64,000 nt of DNA, taken from IMG/VR virus record IMGVR_UViG_3300028833_000118, positions 1-64,000 of that record. The stretch is one strand, 5' to 3'. Below the pieces are notes generated by a model. The model did no database searches and was not told where the DNA came from. It saw only the letters and a list, made by a program, of their open reading frames with translations. Within the stretch, counting starts at the first letter, position 1. Each line of letters opens with the position of its first letter. Origin of the DNA: a virus (taxonomy: Duplodnaviria > Caudoviricetes). Both the position numbers and the translations under genes were made by a program. Shown here one piece after another: positions 19,847 to 29,309 of the stretch.

Positions 19847-20134
19847 TTACCACCAAGGATATTTTCTTGTGGCTCCATCAGGCTTGGGTTTCGGGCTAAA
19901 CTCCGAAGTTTTAGGAAAACGATCAATCATTTTCTTCGCATACTCTTCCCAATAATCCTCATCAAGATCCCAATTTCCTCGCTGATCCAGAATCGTCTCC
20001 CAAGCATCGGCATCCGGCACCCACTTCTCATTTTTGTAATCCCACGCCTCTGCAACACAACTATCCCCATCAATTGCTAAACGCACGATATAGATGGGAA
20101 GAGTGCCATCCCGATAATACGCATATTTCTTCAT
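19847..20134 (-). CDS. Candidate immunity protein between synthetase and hydrolase
   Basis: 95 aa from ATG 20134 (GGAGGTG RBS); the ORF-track start at 20164 lies inside the promoter. Confidence 0.6.
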   Translation of the reverse strand: MKKYAYYRDGTLPIYIVRLAIDGDSCVAEAWDYKNEKWVPDADAWETILDQRGNWDLDEDYWEEYAKKMIDRFPKTSEFSPKPKPDGATRKYPWW

Positions 20135-20152
20135 ATTCTCACCTCCGCCATG

Positions 20153-20181
20153 ATTATACCACAACCGAAATCAAATGTCAT
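20153..20181 (-). promoter_or_regulatory. sigmaA promoter for the 95-aa gene
   Basis: ATGACA-17nt-TATAAT with TG extension. Confidence 0.7.
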
Positions 20182-20195
20182 CATTTTTGACAACA

Positions 20196-21404
20196 TTATT
20201 TCTTCTTTTTAAATGTCGGTAGATTCATGATTCCGGGCGGCTCGCTCATCTCATTCACATTATCCACCATCGTTTTCTCTAAACGGTCATACTCATCCTT
20301 CATCTCCGGATGCTCTTTGAGATCGATTGCCCTCTGCTTTTCAAAATGACGATGGTTTTTGTTCTTGACTTTGATAGTTTCCTCAGACTGGACTTGCACC
20401 TCAAACAACTCACCGCTAGGAGCTTTTACTTGTAGATGAACAGCCTTATAATTCCGGGGGCCTCCCTTGGGATCGGGGAGGAACTTGTTATCTCTTTCAG
20501 TAATCTCATACCCAGACTTTTTTAATTCATCTTCCAATCCGGTTATCTGATCTACCATCTTATCATGATCGCACTTGAAAGAAAACCTCACAACATCATC
20601 CATCATCCCCAACGCTTCTTCATCCGTGAGGTTTTTATCTGCATACTTTTTCTTGACCTTATCGATCTTTCTTGCGGTAGATCCTCCACCCTTGAACATG
20701 TTTTCAAGCCCCATCATACGAGAACCGAGCTTATTGCTGATCTCCACCATATCGGCACCGATCTTTTTTCCACCCTCTATTCTCTTATCATAAGCCGCTT
20801 GAACTTCCGGCCCTTTCCCAATGACTTTTTTATCCCACATTTGAGACAATCCGGGAATTGCCGCGACAACAGTTCCATCCGGATCTTTCTGATACACCAG
20901 ATCCTTACTTGTGAGGTTTTTCAACACTTCTTCCTGCTGTTTCGTCTTTGACGGCTGGTTTCCATCTCCGGCCTCATCAGCAAGACGATTAACCTCTTTC
21001 AAGGTATCCTCATCATATACCGCTCCACGCTTCGGCTTCGGATAATCCACTCCACCACTTGTTTTAAACGACTTGGTATAAGTGCTGCCCCTCACTTCTT
21101 CATTCTGCAAATTTCCATTCTTTACTTTCTTCGGCCCATTCTCTTCTTTCTTACCGCCATTCTTCTTTCCATTGAGTTTATTCCAAGCCTCAAACGCATC
21201 ATCCACAGACATTCCTTCTGTATCTACACCATTCGACTTTAAAGCTCCGAACACCCACCCGATTCCGGCATCCATTCTCTCTCTCAAACGTCCCTCACGA
21301 CGCTTTTTATACTCTTCCACACTATCGAATTGGGGAATAACCCCATTCTTCTTTTCAATTCTTTCCTTCCTACGGGCTTTATATCTTTTAACGGCGTTGT
21401 CCAT
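20196..21404 (-). CDS. Leader-bearing RelA/SpoT-type nucleotidyltransferase (small alarmone synthetase-like)
   Basis: FKGGGSTARK, DDVVRF, NYKAVH and EVQV motifs in canonical order; double Arg-rich leader. Confidence 0.8.
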   Translation of the reverse strand: MDNAVKRYKARRKERIEKKNGVIPQFDSVEEYKKRREGRLRERMDAGIGWVFGALKSNGVDTEGMSVDDAFEAWNKLNGKKNGGKKEENGPKKVKNGNLQNEEVRGSTYTKSFKTSGGVDYPKPKRGAVYDEDTLKEVNRLADEAGDGNQPSKTKQQEEVLKNLTSKDLVYQKDPDGTVVAAIPGLSQMWDKKVIGKGPEVQAAYDKRIEGGKKIGADMVEISNKLGSRMMGLENMFKGGGSTARKIDKVKKKYADKNLTDEEALGMMDDVVRFSFKCDHDKMVDQITGLEDELKKSGYEITERDNKFLPDPKGGPRNYKAVHLQVKAPSGELFEVQVQSEETIKVKNKNHRHFEKQRAIDLKEHPEMKDEYDRLEKTMVDNVNEMSEPPGIMNLPTFKKKK

Positions 21405-23521
21405 TAAGACTCACCATCCCAAGAATTTTTGTTTTCCGAAATACCAGACTCGGCCTTTTTCTTCAAAATATCCAGACCATCTTTAAACGGCTTAAACAAC
21501 CGGTCATCCATCACATACAGATCTTGTAGATCTCTCCACACAGGCAAGGCCATCTCTTTTCCATCGCAATCCGGCTCTCCCTTGAAATCTGTGCAGAGGA
21601 AAATATGACTTCTCAGATGTTCCGCATTATCCCCTCCAACTTTTGTTTCATCTCCGGTCTCCAACTTGCTACCGATACGAACCAGATCTTTGGGGATAAT
21701 ATTGAATTCCTCAAACATCTCTCTAATTGCCGCTTCCTCGGGGCTCTCTCCCTCTTCTATGTGACCTCCCGGCCCTCCGATCAATCCAACACCTTTGCCC
21801 TTCAACCTTGTTCCGGTAAGGACTTTTCCATCTTTAACAACAATAACGCCGACTCCACCGAGCCGACGCTTTACATCCTCTTCATCCTCTTCGACTTCTT
21901 TTTTTACCTCAGATCCCTCAGAAGCCGTCTCTTTGCCATTTTCGGGCTTTTCCCCTCCACCTATATTCGGCATTTGAGGATTTCCCTGAGCCCCTTCTGG
22001 TGCTCCTCCTGGCATTCCTCCGGGTGCTCCGCCTCCAGGCGCTCCACCCATCATACCCATCATCGCTGCCATCGGATCTTGCTGTTTATTCGCCGGATCA
22101 TTCTCTTCGAGCTCTTCATCGGTATAATCATCCAACATCGTCTCAATATCGAACTCACCATCATCCGCGAGTTTCTTTCTTATCTCAGACGGATCTACTG
22201 CCTGCATCTGCACATAGATATTCGCTGTATTGGCATTCGTCTGGGCAACCTGAGCTTTCTGCAGATCCAACGCAACCTTTTCCTGCTCAGACATAGACCA
22301 CAACGAATTGAACTCTACATCCAACGGAGGAACTTCATCGATCTCATGATTATGCAACCCCGCCTTTGACAGCACAGCCAAAACATACCGCAGATTACTC
22401 TTTACCATCCTTTTCTGGATTCTCTCTACATAATTGTAGTAATTCTCCAGATCCGAACTACCCGTTGCGTTCATTCCCGCAGGAGAACGACCGAAAAGAA
22501 TTGTCTGCGGAATATTCGTAATCGCAGACAGATAATTGCACGTTGTATTGATTACATCCGAAACCCCGGCAAAAGAGAATGATTTAAAATCATAATCCTC
22601 ACCATCGGCATCCAGAACGATACTGTTTAGCAGACCTCTCGCCAGATCTATAATCTGCAACCGCTTGAGAACATTCGCCTCTCCCTCGTCGGTTGCTAAC
22701 TCCAACGCCAAATTCTGCATTTTATAAATCGCCTGAATAGACCGATCCAACATCTTCGGTGCCATTCCATGAGCAACTTCAACATCTTTTACCGCTCTGT
22801 GAATTCTCAGATATTCCGGGATGCCCCACAACTGATAAATCGAATTAACCGATCTCTCCGGCAATCTCCCATTCTGGAATATCAGGCATCTCGACTCATG
22901 AACCGTAAACGTCCCATACTTGCTCGTGACCATATATGTCTCAGGCATACCGAACCGACTTCCACGAACATTGTACGGGTCTCGGCTCTCATACTTGTAC
23001 ATACTCGAATAATCCGGCACAAGCAACGACCGATCATATATCTGAATCTCATCCAGAGACTTAATGTGTTTCCAATCCAACGGCTCTTCCAGGCCACGAC
23101 CATCATCAATAAGCATTACGCCAATTGATCCGCCAAACAATCTCGCCCACTTGATCCCGAGCATGAACTTCTCTTCCCAATCGAGCTCATCCATGCACTT
23201 ATTATAGAAATCCTTGGTCTTTCCATCCGCCAGATCTTTTATTTCAAAGCCGTGCTTAATAGCCTCTTCCGCGGGGAGATCTATGATCCTCGAAAACAGA
23301 CCATTTCCCTCATAGAAAAGCTCAAGCTCATCATCCATCACCGGATCTTCGGCTTCATAATGATAATGTTCAGATGAATCTCTCTGCGTACCATAATTGG
23401 TCAACAGATTTACAAAACCATCTTCACGATACGGACGCACAGAATGGCCCGTCTGCTTCTCCAATACCTTGCCGCTCTTATCCGCGAACTCGGAGAAATC
23501 TATTACCGCTTTATCAGCCAA
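21404..23521 (-). CDS. Portal protein (DUF1073 type) fused to a C-terminal Nudix hydrolase
   Basis: Y..NGLFSRIIDLPAEEA, RLFGGS and PQTILFGRSPAGMNATGSSD portal motifs; Nudix box GHIEEGESPEEAAIREMFEEFNI. Confidence 0.9.
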   Translation of the reverse strand: MADKAVIDFSEFADKSGKVLEKQTGHSVRPYREDGFVNLLTNYGTQRDSSEHYHYEAEDPVMDDELELFYEGNGLFSRIIDLPAEEAIKHGFEIKDLADGKTKDFYNKCMDELDWEEKFMLGIKWARLFGGSIGVMLIDDGRGLEEPLDWKHIKSLDEIQIYDRSLLVPDYSSMYKYESRDPYNVRGSRFGMPETYMVTSKYGTFTVHESRCLIFQNGRLPERSVNSIYQLWGIPEYLRIHRAVKDVEVAHGMAPKMLDRSIQAIYKMQNLALELATDEGEANVLKRLQIIDLARGLLNSIVLDADGEDYDFKSFSFAGVSDVINTTCNYLSAITNIPQTILFGRSPAGMNATGSSDLENYYNYVERIQKRMVKSNLRYVLAVLSKAGLHNHEIDEVPPLDVEFNSLWSMSEQEKVALDLQKAQVAQTNANTANIYVQMQAVDPSEIRKKLADDGEFDIETMLDDYTDEELEENDPANKQQDPMAAMMGMMGGAPGGGAPGGMPGGAPEGAQGNPQMPNIGGGEKPENGKETASEGSEVKKEVEEDEEDVKRRLGGVGVIVVKDGKVLTGTRLKGKGVGLIGGPGGHIEEGESPEEAAIREMFEEFNIIPKDLVRIGSKLETGDETKVGGDNAEHLRSHIFLCTDFKGEPDCDGKEMALPVWRDLQDLYVMDDRLFKPFKDGLDILKKKAESGISENKNSWDGES

Positions 23522-23544
23522 GCCATCTCATCCCTTTCCTCCAG

Positions 23545-23583
23545 AATAAAACAAGAACCCCAGCCTTTTCAGGCCGGGGTTCT
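23545..23583 (-). terminator. Intrinsic terminator just upstream of the portal gene
   Basis: Minus strand AGAACCCCGGCC-loop-GGCTGGGGTTCT then TGTTTTATT. Confidence 0.8.
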
Positions 23584-23593
23584 CTCTATATTT

Positions 23594-23615
23594 ATCCACG
23601 ATATTAATCTTAGCA
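23594..23615 (-). promoter_or_regulatory. Candidate late promoter (extended -10)
   Basis: TGCTAAGATTAATATCGTGGAT, 19/22 identical to 37308-37329. Confidence 0.55.
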
Positions 23616-23697
23616 TTTTTAACTGACAAATGCATGAACAAAATGTTAACTTTGAATAAAATAACTTTACTTAAATCAATATGATCTCACAGAGAAA

Positions 23698-24051
23698 TTA
23701 TAGCTCATCGCTATATGCTCCCTCCATATAATCATACTCCCTACCTTCATCAAGGCTATCATAGAACGTATCCTGCTCTTCCAACCAAGCCTTGCCACTC
23801 TCACTTTCCACATTCTCATGATAATCCTTCACCTGTTTGAGAATCCGATCCTTATTCCTCTCTATGATCTCGATACATTTTTCATCATCCGGGTTTTCTC
23901 CACCCTTTGTGAACGTATCGAAATTTCTTCCAAGATTTCCAAACCAGATCCATGTCGTGATAACCTTCTCCGATTCCGGGTTGACTATCACATACGCCCC
24001 TCTCTTGAATTCATAAACAGGCAAATCATCCAACTTACCGATATAATTCAT
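23698..24051 (-). CDS. Small acidic candidate immunity protein
   Basis: 117 aa directly downstream of the 1077-aa cargo gene, with its own promoter. Confidence 0.55.
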   Translation of the reverse strand: MNYIGKLDDLPVYEFKRGAYVIVNPESEKVITTWIWFGNLGRNFDTFTKGGENPDDEKCIEIIERNKDRILKQVKDYHENVESESGKAWLEEQDTFYDSLDEGREYDYMEGAYSDEL

Positions 24052-24076
24052 TTTCTCACCAACCTTTTTTCTTTCT

Positions 24077-24105
24077 ATTATACACCAAACCTGGTTTTAT
24101 GTCTA
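24077..24105 (-). promoter_or_regulatory. sigmaA promoter for the 117-aa gene
   Basis: TAGACA-17nt-TATAAT. Confidence 0.75.
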
Positions 24106-27100
24106 TCACAACGACGCATTATATTTCTTGTTCAAATGCTCCCTCGCATCGGCGAACTGATTTCCACTTCTAAACTCTATCTGAATTCCATTTGTTCTAA
24201 TACTGTCAAACACTTTTTTCCTTTTTCCCTCAGACAACCCATCGAACGCCTTGTCCATCTGGTCTAAGGTTTTGAACCTCATCGACTCAATATCCTGCGG
24301 CGTTACCATCCCATGAAACTGTAATTCCACATATTCGTTGTTCGCCCGATCTTTCGCCTGTTTAAAGAACTCCGAATAACTAATCATACCATTTTTATAT
24401 GCCCGATACGAATCAACGGCATCCATCACGTCACCCTCGCTATACAGAGAACTCATTCCCTCGATCGTCGGGTGTTCTCCACCATATCCGGCGCTTGCGA
24501 TCCGATACTCCGTATTAAGTGAATCTCCATAAGTATACGTCGTTCTATCCTTCATTCGATCCTTTTTGAATGTATACATTATCGGGCTCGACCCACCATA
24601 AGCATCCGCCGCGGTATTATCCCAATCTTCCGCGGGGTCAGGTAATCCAAGATACCCACATTTTTCATACTCTGTATTATCTACACCTTTATGCCCGAAA
24701 AACTTCTTTGATGCATCTCTTCGGCCCTCCGGGTCGTGTGCCGCCGCCGCACCGCCATGTCCCACTTCCGGCTGGCTCTTATAATGATCCGTCAACATGC
24801 CGAACATGCTCTTCGGACTTCGGAACGCTCTATATGCTCCCTGATTGAACATTTCGGTCAACATATCCGCCGTTGCCTGTTTATCTTCGGCAGACATATT
24901 ATCCAAGAAAGATTTTTCTATTCTCTCCGCTCTGTATGTATCAAAATTATCAAGCGTCTTTTCCGTATGAGTTCTCGGTACATCATCATTCGGATTCATA
25001 CCCTTTGTCTTTACGCTCGACGCCGGAACATTATTATCTTCCAACCACTTTCTCGCATCCGCCTCATTGTCCGACTCATATACCACAGATCTCGGTTTGC
25101 TTCTGGTAGATGCAATGACAGAATACTTTCCATCCGGTTTTCTTACCAACCTGACCGCATGAATACCATCCTTCGGCATTCCGAGCTCTTTATCTCCATC
25201 CTTGATCTTATAATCCTTGACACCGAATTTTTCCATCTCTCCGACGGCCTCATCCCAAGAACTCTTAGGCATCCCAAAGCCGCGTTCCTTTCCATCCATA
25301 TCTTTTCCGATAATCAGCCAATCTCCGGTATCTTTCGCTTTCTCTATCCTCAGATCCGTAAACGCCGTATCATTTCCTCCAAGGCTATACCAATTTCCGG
25401 TATCAATAAGCTCCTTCGCTTTCTTTGCTCTCTCCATTCGACTTTTTGCCGCATCATCCATCGGGAATGTCTCAGAATTATACCCATAATTACTCAGCGT
25501 CTTTTCCAGGCCCCCGAAAGAACTTTCTCTCGCAATCTCTTTCATTCTTCCACGTTCATCATATCCACGAACATGGAATATATGTCCATCATGCGTTATC
25601 TCAATACCGGCGTATTTTCCAAGATCCCCAAACGACTTCGCCTTAGCGTCGAACTCTTTTCTCACCTCTAAATACTTGTCATACGCCGCTTCAACCTTCG
25701 GGTCTTTAATAAACTGCCTCGGGTCATATCCATACCTCTCACAGGTTCGGGCCATGTCATACATATCCCCATAACCAGAGATAGACATTTTATCTCCATC
25801 ACGATCATAACCCCAAAGCTTATAATCCCCATCCGAATCGACTTCAATGACCGGATCTGTATATTTGCTCATTCCGAACGGAATAGCTTTTGCTTCAAAT
25901 TCTTTTCTCCGCTTTTCTCTCTCTTCCTCATATTTTTCTATCGCCGCTATCTTCTCTTTATCCTCATCACTAATGGTTAAGATATCATCCGAAACCCCAT
26001 ACGTTTTCATTAACCGCTCTTTAAACTGCCCATATGTTTCACCCGAGCTTTTCCTTTCATAATTCGCTCTATTACCATCCAGGTCAACACCATAGAACCT
26101 AACATCTCCATATGTACCTACTTTTATACCAACTTCCTGATACTCTTTATTTCCGAACTTTGCTACCGTCGCAGGGGGCTCATACTCCATCGGGTTAAGT
26201 CTCTCTTTACCCTCTCTTGCCTTTTCTACTCCTTGTTCCTTCATGAACTTCATTGCCTCGGATCTGGTGCCGAAATTCCATGTTTTCTTATGTCCATTCT
26301 CATCTTCACCTACAACATCCCACGACGTAGCCCAATACGATTCACTCTTCTTTAATTCCAGATCTCCATATTTGATTCCATCATCCCCGGTGACATATTC
26401 CTTCTTATCCGACGTAAGCCAACTGACTCGTTCTTTCTCTCTCTTCTTCAAAGACGGCGACAACTTCGCATCATCCGGGTTCATCCCTTTGGCACTTAAA
26501 TAATCTCTCGCCATATCTAAAGACGGATACTCGGCTATTACCCTCTTCTTACCATCGAAATCTTTCCCGACCACAGAATACTTGCCTCCACGCAAACCAA
26601 TAGAAACCTCTTCATATCCTCGCTCTCCATCATCGAACACCTTTTTCGGTAATTCCATTTCTTGAGGATTTACCATCTCTCCAGAATCGGGATCTTGAAA
26701 TTCTTCAACACCTTTTTCTTTGAGCCAATAGTACATATCACTCTTTGTATAGAATCTCTTGTACATATAACTCGGACTATAATGACCATCTTCGGGCGCT
26801 TTTATTTTCTCCGCTCTCAAACTCCACGGGGCCTCTCCACGCCCTGCCCAACTCCGATACGATGCAGACAAGCTCCCATACTCTGCTCCACCATACCCTT
26901 CCATTTTTACACTCTTTACCGGCTCTTTCACGGGTTCCACATCAGGCGTTCCCGGATCTTCCCCTCTCTTTAATCTCTCATAAGCCCCTTCTGCTGTGAT
27001 TCCCTTACCCGCCAGAGCATCCCAAGCCTCTTTCGGCCCCCATCCTTCTCCGATCTCAATACCAAACCTCATACAAAGCCCGAACGGAAGCCTCGTATTA

Positions 27101-27339
27101 CCATGGCCTCCACCAGAACTTCCACCACCCTGATTATTGTTTTCATTCTCTTCATCATCTGGGGCGTCCATCCGAAACGGGTTTACACTTTTTTCTTTTT
27201 TGATGGTTTCTACTTCGCCTTTTTGATAACTCATCACATCCAACGGAGCATCCCAATTGGGATTATACTTCGGTTTGATTCCCCTCAATCCAAGCCGTTT
27301 CTCTCTTCTTTTCCTATATCTCAATATTGCATTGTCCAT
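24106..27339 (-). CDS. Leader-bearing repeat protein with a DUF3626-like C-terminal domain
   Basis: 1077 aa; about 8 degenerate internal repeats; C-terminal YGG...FKK...RTTYTYGDSL...YVELQFHG pattern. Confidence 0.6.
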   Translation of the reverse strand: MDNAILRYRKRREKRLGLRGIKPKYNPNWDAPLDVMSYQKGEVETIKKEKSVNPFRMDAPDDEENENNNQGGGSSGGGHGNTRLPFGLCMRFGIEIGEGWGPKEAWDALAGKGITAEGAYERLKRGEDPGTPDVEPVKEPVKSVKMEGYGGAEYGSLSASYRSWAGRGEAPWSLRAEKIKAPEDGHYSPSYMYKRFYTKSDMYYWLKEKGVEEFQDPDSGEMVNPQEMELPKKVFDDGERGYEEVSIGLRGGKYSVVGKDFDGKKRVIAEYPSLDMARDYLSAKGMNPDDAKLSPSLKKREKERVSWLTSDKKEYVTGDDGIKYGDLELKKSESYWATSWDVVGEDENGHKKTWNFGTRSEAMKFMKEQGVEKAREGKERLNPMEYEPPATVAKFGNKEYQEVGIKVGTYGDVRFYGVDLDGNRANYERKSSGETYGQFKERLMKTYGVSDDILTISDEDKEKIAAIEKYEEEREKRRKEFEAKAIPFGMSKYTDPVIEVDSDGDYKLWGYDRDGDKMSISGYGDMYDMARTCERYGYDPRQFIKDPKVEAAYDKYLEVRKEFDAKAKSFGDLGKYAGIEITHDGHIFHVRGYDERGRMKEIARESSFGGLEKTLSNYGYNSETFPMDDAAKSRMERAKKAKELIDTGNWYSLGGNDTAFTDLRIEKAKDTGDWLIIGKDMDGKERGFGMPKSSWDEAVGEMEKFGVKDYKIKDGDKELGMPKDGIHAVRLVRKPDGKYSVIASTRSKPRSVVYESDNEADARKWLEDNNVPASSVKTKGMNPNDDVPRTHTEKTLDNFDTYRAERIEKSFLDNMSAEDKQATADMLTEMFNQGAYRAFRSPKSMFGMLTDHYKSQPEVGHGGAAAAHDPEGRRDASKKFFGHKGVDNTEYEKCGYLGLPDPAEDWDNTAADAYGGSSPIMYTFKKDRMKDRTTYTYGDSLNTEYRIASAGYGGEHPTIEGMSSLYSEGDVMDAVDSYRAYKNGMISYSEFFKQAKDRANNEYVELQFHGMVTPQDIESMRFKTLDQMDKAFDGLSEGKRKKVFDSIRTNGIQIEFRSGNQFADAREHLNKKYNASL

Positions 27340-27359
27340 ATATATTCCCCTCTCTATAA

Positions 27360-27394
27360 AGAAAAAAGAGGCATCGATTTCTCGACACCTCTTT
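27360..27394 (-). terminator. Intrinsic terminator after terL
   Basis: Imperfect stem AAAGAGGTGTCGA/TCGATGCCTCTTT then a T run. Confidence 0.7.
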
Positions 27395-27397
27395 GAA

Positions 27398-28798
27398 TTA
27401 CAACAGACTCTTTACATTGAACATCGGCTCTGCGAGCTCATTGAACGCATCCGAACTTCCATCCACCATATCATCATGTTTCCCATCCGGGAAGAACTCT
27501 AACTGCGACAAATACATATCATTCCAATCCGCCGCCAACACTTCCACATTCCCATTCTGCCATTGAGTCGCAAACGGCATTGCTCTCAAGATCTTACTTC
27601 CCGTTACTCTCTCACTCTTCACCGCATATCCCGCCAACTTCTTCACATACGCATCCGAGGCAATTTTTCCTGCCGCGCCCGGGTCAATCGGGATGTGTAT
27701 CTTGATCTTTCTTCCATACTTTGTCCTATCTGCCAAGGCCGTATTTAACAAGATCTTCTCCACATCTCCCGCCGCCACTCGAACATTTATCACATTCAAG
27801 ACGATGAAATTTCCATTCTTCCTTCTACCCATCAATATACCAGCCGTGAAGTCTGGATCGTTATTTTCTGTTTTCTCCGTCGCCGCAAAGTCCCACGCCC
27901 GACATACCGAAACTATATCATCCGGCTCTTTCTCTACAATCCGAATCTGTGACCTCTTGAAATACAAGCCTCCTGCGGGTTTGATCTTCCAGTTACCCTT
28001 CAATAGACGCTCTCTCTCTACCTCAGGCAACGCTTTCAGATTTCCAAGATACTGCGGGTTTACCTTCAACAAAGCCTTATTGTCATAGACTGACGATGCA
28101 ATAAACGTCACCGACCTTGGCTCACTCAATTCCTCTTCTGTCTTGAGATTGAACCTATCTATGAGCTCTTTTTTGCTATCCGCCCAATATACGGTATTCT
28201 CTCTTCGGATCATCCACCTTACCACTCCTGATCTCTCCGGAATGGCATATCCAGTATCTTGATCGATCCACCATGAAATAAAATTAGCTACCCACGAATC
28301 CGGGTCTGGGTTGCATGATGCCAACACATACGGCCTGACACCACACATACTCCGGTTTCGGGATAGCATATAAAAGAAAACATATTCCGAAAAATGCGTT
28401 AACTCATCGAATTCAATACCACATATCTGAGCGCCCTGATAATTATGAGCCTCTTCATCTCTTTCAATATGCTTGAATGATACCCTCGAAAGAATGCTTC
28501 CATCTGTATCATGAAACTCCCAAGCCGCATCGCCCTTCTTGACCTCTGCCCCATCTATGCGAGAATACATATCCCGGGCATTGTCCCATAGCGCACCCTC
28601 GGTAAATATCTGGTTTGAATTCTTCCGGAATATTACGCAACCGAATCCCCTTACATCTATGAACCTCAATGGATACGCGAGCTCCGCCCACGTTTTCCCT
28701 CCACCCGCAGCCCCACCATAGATAATAACATCCGCCGCGCTTCTAAGACATTTCTCCTGCGGACCTTTTTGGGGCTTTATGATAATGGGCTCATCCAT
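27398..28798 (-). CDS. terL: Terminase large subunit
   Basis: Walker A GGAAGGGKT, Walker B IEFDELTHF, nuclease motif HDDMVDG. Confidence 0.95.
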   Translation of the reverse strand: MDEPIIIKPQKGPQEKCLRSAADVIIYGGAAGGGKTWAELAYPLRFIDVRGFGCVIFRKNSNQIFTEGALWDNARDMYSRIDGAEVKKGDAAWEFHDTDGSILSRVSFKHIERDEEAHNYQGAQICGIEFDELTHFSEYVFFYMLSRNRSMCGVRPYVLASCNPDPDSWVANFISWWIDQDTGYAIPERSGVVRWMIRRENTVYWADSKKELIDRFNLKTEEELSEPRSVTFIASSVYDNKALLKVNPQYLGNLKALPEVERERLLKGNWKIKPAGGLYFKRSQIRIVEKEPDDIVSVCRAWDFAATEKTENNDPDFTAGILMGRRKNGNFIVLNVINVRVAAGDVEKILLNTALADRTKYGRKIKIHIPIDPGAAGKIASDAYVKKLAGYAVKSERVTGSKILRAMPFATQWQNGNVEVLAADWNDMYLSQLEFFPDGKHDDMVDGSSDAFNELAEPMFNVKSLL

Positions 28799-29301
28799 TA
28801 CTCGGGATCTTCATCCCTTTCAGGAAGATAAATTTGCACTCGGGATTTGGTTGTCAGCTCTCCATCGATATTAAGATTGATGCTCGCACCATTCTCTTTC
28901 ATATACTCCATCTGCTCTTCCTTCAATACGGTCAAAGAATCCAACCCTGCACTATCTCTCACATACTTCGCCGCATTCGCATCTCCCGCCATGGCCTTTA
29001 CGATCATAGACGCTAAAATAGAAGCCGCATAACTCATCTCATCATTCGGGACTCCGAACCTCTCCATAATGGCCTTATGGTTCTTATATGCGTCTCCTAC
29101 GGGCATTTCCAACATCTTTCGTGCCAGATCCATCATCATCCGATTGTTTCTTCTCTTTTCTCCAGACTTCTTTCCGGCGATTGACGCTTTCTCTTTTCTC
29201 TCTTCTGGAGTTCTCCTCGCGTTTATTTCCTCTATAGGCATAAGGTTCTGATTGCTTTTTTCTCTTCCCTTCACCTTTTCTTCTTTTTCCTTCTTTTCCA
29301 T
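28798..29301 (-). CDS. Terminase small subunit (probable)
   Basis: Coupled to terL; ASIAGKKSGEKRR and KAMAGDANAAKY patterns. Confidence 0.7.
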   Translation of the reverse strand: MEKKEKEEKVKGREKSNQNLMPIEEINARRTPEERKEKASIAGKKSGEKRRNNRMMMDLARKMLEMPVGDAYKNHKAIMERFGVPNDEMSYAASILASMIVKAMAGDANAAKYVRDSAGLDSLTVLKEEQMEYMKENGASINLNIDGELTTKSRVQIYLPERDEDPE

Positions 29302-29309
29302 TATTTAAC

